A stretch of 55,179 nt of DNA from Gaiellales bacterium (lineage in GTDB: Bacteria; Actinomycetota; Thermoleophilia; Gaiellales; JAICJC01): positions 1-55,179 of the forward strand of contig DATAHR010000139.1 of NCBI GenBank assembly GCA_036263035.1, read 5' to 3'. How positions within the stretch are numbered: the stretch's first letter is position 1; the number at the start of each line of letters is the position of its first letter. This document shows positions 46,254 to 54,390 of the stretch, piece by piece. The notes under the pieces are model-generated. The model did no database searches. It was not told where the DNA came from and saw nothing but the letters and a program-made list of their open reading frames with translations. A program made the position numbers and the translations under genes.

Positions 46254-47321
46254 ATGCCCGGCCTCTCCTCCTCCTGGCGCATCCGCGACGTCGAGATCCC
46301 CTCACGCATCGTGCTCGCACCCATGGCGGGCGTGTCCGTCCAGGCCTTTCGCCGCCAGGGCCGCCGCTTCGGGGCGGGGCTCGTCTGCAGCGAGATGGTC
46401 TCGTCCTGCGGCCTCTCCTACGGCAACGAGCGCACGCTCGGCTACCTGCGCATCGCCCGCGACGAGCACCCGCTCGCGGTGCAGATCTTCGGCTCGGAGC
46501 CGGATCGGATGGCGGAGGCGGCGGAGATGGTCGTGGACGCCGGCGCGGACATCGTTGACATCAACTTCGGGTGCCCGGTGCGCAAGGTGACGAAGACCGG
46601 CGCCGGCGCGAGCGCGCTCGAGGATCACGACCTCGCCTGCCGGCTGGCCGGCGCCGTCGTCGACGCCGTCGACGTGCCCGTGACCGTGAAGATGCGCAGG
46701 GGCGTCCGTAACGGCTCGCGAACGGCGCTCGAGCTCGGGCCGAAGCTGGAGGCGGTCGGCGTGGCCGCCCTGACGCTGCATCCGCGCAGCGCCCAGCAGA
46801 TGTATACCGGGACCGCCGACCACGCCCTCACCGCCGAACTGGTCGAGCGCGTGTCGGTGCCCGTGATGGCGTCCGGCGACATCACCGACGGCGCCACCGC
46901 CGAGCGCGTGCTGGCCGAGACCGGCGCCGCGGCGGTCATGATCGGCCGCGGCGCTCAGGGGCGCCCCTGGGCGCTGCGCGAGATGGCGGACGGCGGCGCC
47001 CAGCAGCCGAGCCGCGCAGAGGTGGTGGCGGAGCTCGTCCGGTTCATGCGCGAGGTGGTGCGGGAGATGGGCGAGGAGCGATCGGTCGGGTTCCTGCGCA
47101 AGTTCTACGGCTGGTACCTGCGCGGCCTGGACGGTGCGAAGGAGCTACGGGTGGTGCTGACCCAGGCTCCATCGGTCGAGCTGGCCGAGGCGATGCTGCT
47201 CGACGCCTGCCCGGAGGCGCTGCCGCTGGTGGCCGACGCGGAGGCCGAGCTGGCGGCGCTGCCGGACGCCGACAGCGACCGCACGCTCGACCTGCCGATC
47301 TCGATCTACGGCGGCGGGTAG
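46254..47321 (+). CDS. dus: tRNA-dihydrouridine synthase
   Basis: LAPMAGVS, VQIFG, DINFGCPVRKV, TLHPRS. TACCCT lies 7 nt upstream of the ATG. Confidence 0.9.
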   Translation: MPGLSSSWRIRDVEIPSRIVLAPMAGVSVQAFRRQGRRFGAGLVCSEMVSSCGLSYGNERTLGYLRIARDEHPLAVQIFGSEPDRMAEAAEMVVDAGADIVDINFGCPVRKVTKTGAGASALEDHDLACRLAGAVVDAVDVPVTVKMRRGVRNGSRTALELGPKLEAVGVAALTLHPRSAQQMYTGTADHALTAELVERVSVPVMASGDITDGATAERVLAETGAAAVMIGRGAQGRPWALREMADGGAQQPSRAEVVAELVRFMREVVREMGEERSVGFLRKFYGWYLRGLDGAKELRVVLTQAPSVELAEAMLLDACPEALPLVADAEAELAALPDADSDRTLDLPISIYGGG

Positions 47322-47373
47322 CGGCGACGCCCCCGCCGTGGCGAACCGGCGAGGGCGTCGGCCACGGCAGTGA

Positions 47374-47751
47374 TCACGCGACGCGAGTGCGGCGCCCGCG
47401 GACTGTGACTGCGCCAAGGAGGATCAGGGCCAGTCCGAACGCGCTGAACGCGCCGATGCCCGCCGACGTCCAGTCGAAGCCGCTGCTCGTCCCGAGGATC
47501 ACGACAGGCGGCGACACCGCAACCGTGCCGCCATGCTCGCTGCTCGGACGCACCGGCACGATCAGCGGCCCGTTGGTCGAGCTCGGCGAGCCGTGCTCGG
47601 TGCTGTGCAGCACAGGGACGATCAGCCGCTCCGCGCCTGAGCTCTGCCCGGCGCTCTGCGCGGGCACGTGATCTGCCCACGCCGACGGAACCGACAACGC
47701 GGTCACGGCGAGCCCCAGCACCACAATCCGGATGACGATCGATCGACGCAT
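47374..47751 (-). CDS. small secreted, C-terminally anchored protein with His-containing repeats
   Basis: Signal peptide MRRSIVIRIVVLGLAVTALSVPSAWA. Repeats LIVPVLHSTEHGS and LIVPVRPSSEHGG. C-terminal TM helix plus RGRRTR tail. Confidence 0.55.
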   Translation of the reverse strand: MRRSIVIRIVVLGLAVTALSVPSAWADHVPAQSAGQSSGAERLIVPVLHSTEHGSPSSTNGPLIVPVRPSSEHGGTVAVSPPVVILGTSSGFDWTSAGIGAFSAFGLALILLGAVTVRGRRTRVA

Positions 47752-47885
47752 CTTCGCTCCTTGTCCGGCGGCCACAGGATGCAGCCGCGATGGGCGGATG
47801 GTGCGGGCGCTCGGTAACGGATCGGTCACCGACCGGCCATTTTGCGGCTGGTTCCGCGGAATTCGGCGTGATACGTTCGCCGCGG

Positions 47886-50800
47886 ATGGAGCCGCTGACC
47901 TTCGGCATCCTCGGGCCGCTCCAGGCCCACCGCGGCACCGAATCGCTGCCGGTCGGCTCCGGCCGGCAGGCGGAGCTGATGGCGCTGCTCGTGACGCGCC
48001 GCAACACGGCCGTTCCGACCGAGCGCCTGATCGACGACCTGTGGGACGGCCGACCGCCGGACACCGCGGCCAAGATCGTCCAGAACGCGGTTTCCGGCCT
48101 TCGTCGCGCGCTTGGAGACGAATCCGGGGCCGTGCTCGTCACCCAGGGGCGCGGCTACATGCTGGTCACCCCCGCGGGTGGCACCGACGTCGACCGTGCC
48201 GCGGAGCTGCTCGAGCAGGGACGCGCCGAGCTGGCGGCGGGCAACGCCGATGGGGCCGCACGCACGTTGCGAGCGGCGCTCGCTCTCTGGCGCGGGCCGC
48301 CGCTGCCCGAGGTCGCGTACCGATCGTTCGCGCGCGATGAGATCGCGCGTCTCGACGAACTGCGGCTCGTCGTTCTGGAGGAACGGATCGCGGCCGACCT
48401 CGCCCGTGGCGAACGGGCGGAGCTCGTGCCCGAGCTCGAACAGCTCGTGGCCCGCCACCCACTGCGGGAGGGCTTCCGAGGGCAGCTGATGCTTGCGCTC
48501 TACCGGGCAGGCCGCCAGGCGCGGGCCCTGCAGGTGTACAGCGAAGGCCGCATCGCGCTCTCCGAGGAGCTCGGGATCGAGCCCGGCGAGAACCTGAAGC
48601 GCCTGGAGCGGGCAATCCTCGATCACGACCCGGATCTGGACGGGCCGTCGCGGCCCAGGGCGCTTCCCGTCGTCCGCGGCCGGGAGCGGCTGGCGCTGGC
48701 CGCCGGGGCGATCCTGCTGGCAGCGGCCGCAGCCGCCGCGGTGTGGATGTCACAGTCGGGCGCAGCCCCTGCCGTCACGGTGGGCGGGAACTCGATCGGC
48801 CTGATCGATCCGGCGTCGGGCCGGATCCTTGCCGACTTTCCGGCCGGCGATGCACCGAGCAAGGTCGTGACCACGGGTGACGCGGCCTGGGCCCTGAGCG
48901 AGAACGATGGCACCGTCACGCGCATGGATCTCACCACGGGCAGGCGACGCACGTACCGGCTGACCGCAGGACGCGCGGCGGACATGGTGCTGGGCGGCGG
49001 CTGGCTATGGATCAGCGTCGTCGGCAACGCGCCCGCGGGAAACGGTGCGACAGCCGACGTGGTGCGCCTCGACCCGGACACGATGACGGACGAGGGAACC
49101 GTCCCGCTTCCGGGAGCAGGGGCGGTGGGCGATCCGGCGCCGCTGGCCTACTCGGCCGGCGAGGAGACGCTGTGGGCCGCCGCCTTCGGCGACCTGAGCG
49201 CGATCAACCCGATCACGCGCCGAAGAACACCGGCCGCACACGATGTCGATGCCGGCGCACTGGCGAGCGGCCTCGGTGCGGTGTGGGCAACGCCAGCGGA
49301 GAGCTCCGATCCCCGCCTCTCGCGCATCGACCCGGCGACCGGGCGCGTACAACGCATCGCGCTTCCCGTTCAATCCACCGGATCGCTGGCCGTGGCTGGA
49401 GATGCGGTCTGGGTCGCGGATCCGCTCAGCGGCGACGTGTGGCGCGTCGACCCCGCCGCGGCCGGGTGGCCCCAGCGCATACCGGTGGGCATGTCGGCGC
49501 TCGGCGTCTCGCCGGCCGGCACCGGCGTCTGGGTCGCGGACGGCGTTTCCGGAACGATCGCGCGCATCTCGTCCCACGACGGACGTCTGGCGGTCGACCG
49601 CTTTCCGATCGGGGAGACACCCCGTTCGGTGGCCGCGGGCACGGCCGGCGCTCTGGTGGCGGTGGCGCCGGGCGGTGGCCCGCCGGCGCTGACGGGGAGC
49701 GTGCCGTTGCACGGCCTGCCCTCCGCCGACTGCGGGCCGCTGCTGCACGGCACGGGCGAGCCACAGCGCCTGATCGCAGCGGATTTCCAGCTTGGAGGGG
49801 TCCTGGCGTCTGCAACCTTGCCGATGCGCCAGGCGATCGTCTACACCCTGCGGCAGCGCGACTTCCGGGCCGGGTCGTACCGAGTCGGGTTCCAGGCCTG
49901 CGACGACACAGGCGAAGACGGGTACTGGGATGGCCAACGGTGCGCAAGCAATGCCCGGCGGTTTGCGCACACCCCCGAGCTGATCGGGCTGATCGGGCCG
50001 TTCAACTCGGGCTGTGCCAAGGAGGAGCTGGCACTGCTCAACAGGGCTGGGCCGCTTGCGGTGATCTCGCCGTCAGCGTCGTATCCCGGGTTCACACATG
50101 CCGGGCCCGGGACCCGGCCGGGAGAACCGGCAATCTACCGGCCGAGCGGCGTCACCGGCTTCGCGCGGGTGATCCCGAGCGATGACATGGAGGGCATCGC
50201 CCTCGGCCAGCTCGCAATCCAGCTCGGGCTGCGCCATGTGTACGTGTATCGCAATCCCGACAACGACTACAGCGCTGCTGTCGGCGCCGCGTTCGCCCGG
50301 ACGGCCCGGTCAGCCGGCATCCGGGTGCTCGACTCGCCGTCGTATGCGTGGCGCGCAGATCTGGGCCGGCGGCTTCGGGACCGGGGGTTCGATGGTGTCG
50401 TCATCGCCGACACGCTCGACACGACGACCGGGCGGATCATCCGCGAGACAGGCAAGGGCAGTCCCGGCCGTCCACTGACCCTGCTCGCCGGTGCATTCAT
50501 CATGGTCGCAGGGGGTGACCTGGCCGACGCCGTGGGCGAGCGCGGGACCGGCATGTACGTGGCCTGGGAGGGCGTCTCCAACCCGCTCCGCCAGCTGCCG
50601 CCCGCGGGAACGCGGTTCGCCCGCACGTTCTCCGCGACCCAGCCGAACGCGGACATCGGCTTCTACACCCCCTACGCCGCACAGGCTGCCGAGGTGCTCC
50701 TGAAGGCCATCGCGAGCTCGGACGGGAGCCGTGCGTCCGTGTCACGGGAGCTCCTGCGCGTGCGGATCAGGGACGGCATCCTCGGCCCGGTGCAGTTCGC

Positions 50801-50912
50801 AAGCAACGGTGACATGACGATCAACCGGCTGCCGATCCTCCGCTTCAACTCCGACGCTCCCTACTCGCCGTCGGTGTATCAGCTGATCCGCGTAGCGCCG
50901 GCAGCGGACTGA
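47886..50912 (+). CDS. membrane-spanning SARP (wHTH + BTAD) regulator with extracytoplasmic beta-propeller-like and periplasmic-binding-protein (LivK-type) domains
   Basis: N-terminus ILGPLQA...RLIDDLW and BTAD (ALWRGPPL, ARHPLREG). One TM helix (LALAAGAILLAAAAAAAVWM). Repeated ...VWVAD... strands. C-terminal type-1 PBP-like region (IGLIGPFNSGCAKE). Start ATG 47886. Confidence 0.8.
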   Translation: MEPLTFGILGPLQAHRGTESLPVGSGRQAELMALLVTRRNTAVPTERLIDDLWDGRPPDTAAKIVQNAVSGLRRALGDESGAVLVTQGRGYMLVTPAGGTDVDRAAELLEQGRAELAAGNADGAARTLRAALALWRGPPLPEVAYRSFARDEIARLDELRLVVLEERIAADLARGERAELVPELEQLVARHPLREGFRGQLMLALYRAGRQARALQVYSEGRIALSEELGIEPGENLKRLERAILDHDPDLDGPSRPRALPVVRGRERLALAAGAILLAAAAAAAVWMSQSGAAPAVTVGGNSIGLIDPASGRILADFPAGDAPSKVVTTGDAAWALSENDGTVTRMDLTTGRRRTYRLTAGRAADMVLGGGWLWISVVGNAPAGNGATADVVRLDPDTMTDEGTVPLPGAGAVGDPAPLAYSAGEETLWAAAFGDLSAINPITRRRTPAAHDVDAGALASGLGAVWATPAESSDPRLSRIDPATGRVQRIALPVQSTGSLAVAGDAVWVADPLSGDVWRVDPAAAGWPQRIPVGMSALGVSPAGTGVWVADGVSGTIARISSHDGRLAVDRFPIGETPRSVAAGTAGALVAVAPGGGPPALTGSVPLHGLPSADCGPLLHGTGEPQRLIAADFQLGGVLASATLPMRQAIVYTLRQRDFRAGSYRVGFQACDDTGEDGYWDGQRCASNARRFAHTPELIGLIGPFNSGCAKEELALLNRAGPLAVISPSASYPGFTHAGPGTRPGEPAIYRPSGVTGFARVIPSDDMEGIALGQLAIQLGLRHVYVYRNPDNDYSAAVGAAFARTARSAGIRVLDSPSYAWRADLGRRLRDRGFDGVVIADTLDTTTGRIIRETGKGSPGRPLTLLAGAFIMVAGGDLADAVGERGTGMYVAWEGVSNPLRQLPPAGTRFARTFSATQPNADIGFYTPYAAQAAEVLLKAIASSDGSRASVSRELLRVRIRDGILGPVQFASNGDMTINRLPILRFNSDAPYSPSVYQLIRVAPAAD

Positions 50913-50928
50913 TCGCTACGCTGCCGCG

Positions 50929-51204
50929 ATGCCGCGCGCCACACATGTCGTCCGCATCGAATACTGCGTCCCCTGAGGGGCGACGCCGAACGCCGCCGGT
51001 CTGGCGGCGAAGATCATCGGCGGGTGGGGCCCGCTGCTGACCGTGCTCGAGCTGGTGCCCGGCACCGGCGGCATCTTCGACGTGCACGTCGATGACGAGC
51101 TGCTGTTCACCAAGCAGATGATCGGCCGCTACCCCGAGCCGGACGACGTGCTGCCGCTGCTCCGCGAGCGGATCGGCGACGAGGTGCTGGACGAGGGCGC
51201 CTGA
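50929..51204 (+). CDS. Rdx-family (SelW/SelT/SelH-like) selenoprotein, in-frame UGA at codon 16
   Basis: Absent from the ORF track. MPRATHVVRIEYCVP-U-GATPNAAGLAAKIIGGWGPLLTVLELVPGTGGIFDVHVDDELLFTKQMIGRYPEPDDVLPLLRERIGDEVLDEGA. TGA 50974-50976 occupies the second position of the CxxC/CxxU redox motif. The frame stays open to TGA 51202-51204, with GC-rich third positions throughout. Confidence 0.75.
50991..51009 (+). promoter_or_regulatory. SECIS-like hairpin downstream of the in-frame UGA
   Basis: CGCCGCC-GGUCU-GGCGGCG. 7-bp stem. The apical loop starts with GG and begins 21 nt after the UGA. Confidence 0.55.
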
Positions 51205-51217
51205 CCTCCGCCGCGGC

Positions 51218-51607
51218 ATGCCTGACCACACGCTGATCAACCTGGACGATGTGAAGGACTCGGCGCCGGGATTCGGCCTGGGCGAGGTGCATGAGGCCCA
51301 CTTCGCGACCGGGCCGCTCCAGACCGATCAGCTCGGCGTAGCGTTCTACCGCATGCGCCCGGGGGCGGCCCAGCCGTTCTCCCACCGCCACGAGCGGCAG
51401 GAAGAGGTCTACGTGCTGCTGGCAGGCACCGCCACCGCCCACATCGGCGACGAGGCGGTGGCGATGCGGGCCCGGGACGCGCTGCGCGTCACCCCGACCG
51501 CCGTGCGCTGGTTCGAGGCCGGCCCGGAGGGCGCGGAGCTGCTCGCCGTGGGCGCGCGGCTGGCCTCGGGCGGCGCGAACGACGCCGAGATGTTCATGCC
51601 GCGCTGA
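51218..51607 (+). CDS. cupin-domain protein
   Basis: Cupin motif region FSHRHERQEEVYVLLAG ... GDEAV. 129 aa. 13 nt after the selenoprotein gene. Confidence 0.75.
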   Translation: MPDHTLINLDDVKDSAPGFGLGEVHEAHFATGPLQTDQLGVAFYRMRPGAAQPFSHRHERQEEVYVLLAGTATAHIGDEAVAMRARDALRVTPTAVRWFEAGPEGAELLAVGARLASGGANDAEMFMPR

Positions 51608-51660
51608 CGACCGAGGGAGCGCGGCTTGCGGAGCCGTCTCGAGCGGCGGATGATTCCCGC

Positions 51661-52236
51661 ATGTCGGAGCAGACGACACTCTGGCCGGACGACGCGATCA
51701 AGCAAGCGCTGACCGATATCAGCCTCCCCGCCGGAATCGTTGATCGCAACGGAGTGCTTCGCTGGTGCAACAGGAGGTCGATCGAGCTGTTCGGCGACCA
51801 CCGCGGCATGCGCTACCCGGACGTGGTCGCGCCCGAGTCGAAAGCCTGGACCGAGCTGGCCCTCGCTCGCGTGCTGGTGGGCGGTCAGCGCACGCTTGAC
51901 TGGCGCACGACGGTGGTCGACCGGCACGGCCGCAAGCTTCCCGCGGAAGTTCACGCCGTTGCGCTGCACGACGGCGACGCGCTGATCGGCGTGTTCGGGT
52001 TCACCAAGATCGACCACGAGCGCGCGGGAGCGGGAGAGCCGGCCCGGCCGCTGACGCCCCGCCAGCTCGAGGTGCTCCGTGCGCTGGCCGACGGCGCGAC
52101 CACTCGGCAGATCGCGGAGTCGCTCGGCATTGCGACCGAGACGGTGCGGAACTACGTGCGCGGGATCCTGCGCGCGCTCGACGTGCACTCGCGGCTGGAG
52201 GCCGTTCTCGAGGCACGCCGCCTCGGCCTGGTGTGA
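51661..52236 (+). CDS. PAS-LuxR family transcriptional regulator
   Basis: PAS-like N-terminus. C-terminal LTPRQLEVLRALADGATTRQIAESLGIATETVRNYV HTH. Confidence 0.85.
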   Translation: MSEQTTLWPDDAIKQALTDISLPAGIVDRNGVLRWCNRRSIELFGDHRGMRYPDVVAPESKAWTELALARVLVGGQRTLDWRTTVVDRHGRKLPAEVHAVALHDGDALIGVFGFTKIDHERAGAGEPARPLTPRQLEVLRALADGATTRQIAESLGIATETVRNYVRGILRALDVHSRLEAVLEARRLGLV

Positions 52237-52240
52237 GCCG

Positions 52241-53014
52241 TCAGGCCTTCCCGCCGGCCCGCTGCCAGATCAGCCGCAGCCCCTCGAGCGTCAGCCACGG
52301 CTCGACCCGGTCGACCGTGTCGCAGTGCGGCGCGACGACGGTGGCCAGCCCGCCAGTGGCGATCACGCTGGGGCGCCCGCCCAGCTCGGCGGCGAACCGC
52401 CGCACCAGCCCGTCTACCAGCCCGGCGTAGCCGAAGATGGCTCCGGACTGCATGTTCTCGGCGGTCGTGCGCCCGATCGCCCTGTCCGGCGCGCGCAGCT
52501 CGATCTGGAACAGCCGCGCCGCGCGCTCTCCGAGCGCTTCCACCGCGACCTGCAGGCCTGGCGCGATGGCGCCGCCGAGGAAGGCGCCGTCGGCGGAGAC
52601 GGCGTCGAAGTTGATGGCGGTGCCGAAGTCGACGACGACCAGCGGCCCGCCGGCCAGGGCCAGCGCGGCCACACAGTTCGCGATCCGGTCGGGTCCGACC
52701 TCCGGCGGGTTCTCCACCCGCAGCTCGAGCCCGTGGTCGGTGGCCGGCCCGACGATCAGCGCCTCGTGGCCGAGGTGCACGCTCGCAGCCTGGCGGAGCG
52801 CCTCCGCCAGCTGAGGGACACCGCTCGACGCGACCGTCGCGGTCACATCGGCAAACCCGCGGCCGCGCACGGCGAGCAGCCCCTGCAGCTCGACCGCGAC
52901 CTCGTCGGCCGTGCGCCCGCGGACGCTCGCCGTGCGCCAGTGCTCGGCCAGCCGGTCACCGTCGTACAGGCCGACAACCGTCTGGGTGTTCCCGACGTCG
53001 ATCGTCAGTAGCAA
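52241..53014 (-). CDS. coaX: type III pantothenate kinase
   Basis: MLLTIDVGNTQTVVGLY, VVVDFGTAINFD, ATGG. Confidence 0.9.
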   Translation of the reverse strand: MLLTIDVGNTQTVVGLYDGDRLAEHWRTASVRGRTADEVAVELQGLLAVRGRGFADVTATVASSGVPQLAEALRQAASVHLGHEALIVGPATDHGLELRVENPPEVGPDRIANCVAALALAGGPLVVVDFGTAINFDAVSADGAFLGGAIAPGLQVAVEALGERAARLFQIELRAPDRAIGRTTAENMQSGAIFGYAGLVDGLVRRFAAELGGRPSVIATGGLATVVAPHCDTVDRVEPWLTLEGLRLIWQRAGGKA

Positions 53015-53020
53015 CGCGGC

Positions 53021-53359
53021 TCAGTCGTCCGTCAGCTCGAACCCGCGCGGGAGCGTCGTCTCGATATCGTCATCGGTCTTCAGCTCTTCGATCGTGACGT
53101 CCTGCGTGGTGTGAACCTCGGTGCGCGGGATGATCCGGGTCGGCCGGCTCTTGTCCCACACCCACACGTCCGTCATCAGCAGCCGGGCGAACGGGTAGGC
53201 CGCCTGGTCGTTGCGCTCGACGGTGATCTCGTTGCAGAGGTAGGTCGCCTCCGCGGTGAGCACGCAGTACTTGAAGAGGCCGAACACGGTGGCGTACTCG
53301 CGCTTGAGACGCAGCTCCAGCTCGGCGTCGTATTCCTCGAGATCGTCGATGTGAGACAT
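53021..53359 (-). CDS. DUF2469-like conserved actinobacterial protein
   Basis: DLEEYDAELELRLKREY...GLFKY...TDVWVWD pattern typical of DUF2469. 112 aa. Confidence 0.7.
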   Translation of the reverse strand: MSHIDDLEEYDAELELRLKREYATVFGLFKYCVLTAEATYLCNEITVERNDQAAYPFARLLMTDVWVWDKSRPTRIIPRTEVHTTQDVTIEELKTDDDIETTLPRGFELTDD

Positions 53360-53398
53360 GACGCGAAGTTTACGCCTTGTACGGGGGTGCTTCCCGTC

Positions 53399-54061
53399 CT
53401 AGACCAGGAAGGGCACCAGCCGCTTCGTCCGCTGGGAGTAGGCCTGGTACTCCGGGAACTCGGCGGTGAGCGAACGCTCCTCGTACCGCGTACGGGCAAG
53501 CTGGAGGGCGACGCACACCACCCACACGGCCATAGCGAGGGCAAATCGTTTCGTGCCGAGCGCCACGCCCAACGCAGCCACCAGCTCGCCCAGGTAGAGC
53601 GGATGCCGGACAAACCGGTACGGGCCCCGCGTGACCAGGCCCCGAACGTCAGGCAGGACACCGAAGCACCGGCCGAGCACGGCCACGGACACAAGCGCGA
53701 AGATGAGGCCGCCGGCCAGCAGCACCGAGCCCACCGTGACCCGAGCTCCGCCACCGGCGTCCTCGCCCAGCGCCCCGAGCACGATCACGGCACCCTGCGC
53801 GGCGAAGGCGACGGCGACGGCGACCCGATCGGTCGTCCGGCGCACAGGCACGGGGCGGAGCAGGACGAGGGTGGCGAACATGAACCACAGGGCGGCACTG
53901 AGCAGCTGGTGGATTAGGGTGGATTGCGAGTCGGCGATGATGGCGGACCGCAGGTTGAGCGCTCCGACCGCGGCGAACAGCGCGGCGGGGAGCAGCCGGG
54001 CCGCAGCCCGATAGAGCGATCCACGTGACTCCACGACGACTACATCGGCCGGTCGGCCCAC
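53399..54061 (-). CDS. isoprenylcysteine carboxyl methyltransferase (ICMT)-family membrane protein
   Basis: GPYRFVRHPLYLGELV and YEERSLTAEFPEYQAY motifs. The start is uncertain (GTG 54061 or GTG 54034). The track start at 54112 lies inside the MITE-like element. Confidence 0.7.
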   Translation of the reverse strand: MGRPADVVVVESRGSLYRAAARLLPAALFAAVGALNLRSAIIADSQSTLIHQLLSAALWFMFATLVLLRPVPVRRTTDRVAVAVAFAAQGAVIVLGALGEDAGGGARVTVGSVLLAGGLIFALVSVAVLGRCFGVLPDVRGLVTRGPYRFVRHPLYLGELVAALGVALGTKRFALAMAVWVVCVALQLARTRYEERSLTAEFPEYQAYSQRTKRLVPFLV

Positions 54062-54073
54062 GGTCGTGAGCCT

Positions 54074-54388
54074 AGATGATTGATCGATATCTCCGTGAAG
54101 TCCAAGGCGCAAGGCGGAGCCTTGCGCCGGTCACGAGCGATCTGCGATCACGCAGATCGCGAGTGGGCGAGAACCGAGCCTGGCCAGGTGCAAGGCGGAT
54201 GCCTTGCACCGGTCATGAGCGATCTGCGATTACGCAGATCGCGAATGGCAGGGAGCGTCAATATCGGGAATATTGGCGCGACCGAGGACGCCGCCAGGCG
54301 ACGGTTCGCAGCCGTAGCCACCCACACCGTCTCGAACCCTCTACCTCTCGCAGCGGCCAGGCACGCAAGAGATATCGATCAATCATCT
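54074..54388. mobile_element. MITE-like non-autonomous element, 315 bp, perfect 20-bp terminal inverted repeats
   Basis: AGATGATTGATCGATATCTC at 54074-54093 is the exact reverse complement of 54369-54388. Inside are two 82-bp tandem units, each with two 10-bp-stem hairpins. It has no coding capacity. It lies between the folK stop and the ICMT-gene start. Confidence 0.6.
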
Positions 54389-54390
54389 GG

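Noticed and set aside
50974-50976. The in-frame TGA, considered as evidence for a pseudogene or a sequencing error in a CxxC protein
   Set aside because: The stop is at exactly the Cys/Sec redox position, the downstream frame remains intact with coding-like composition, and a SECIS-like hairpin sits at the appropriate distance. I cannot exclude a pseudogene without the rest of the genome (sel genes).
54102-54266. Tandem 82-bp repeats with palindromic cores, considered as a mini-CRISPR array
   Set aside because: There are only two units, the repeats are not separated by unique spacers of CRISPR size, the units are bracketed by 20-bp terminal inverted repeats, and no cas genes are present.
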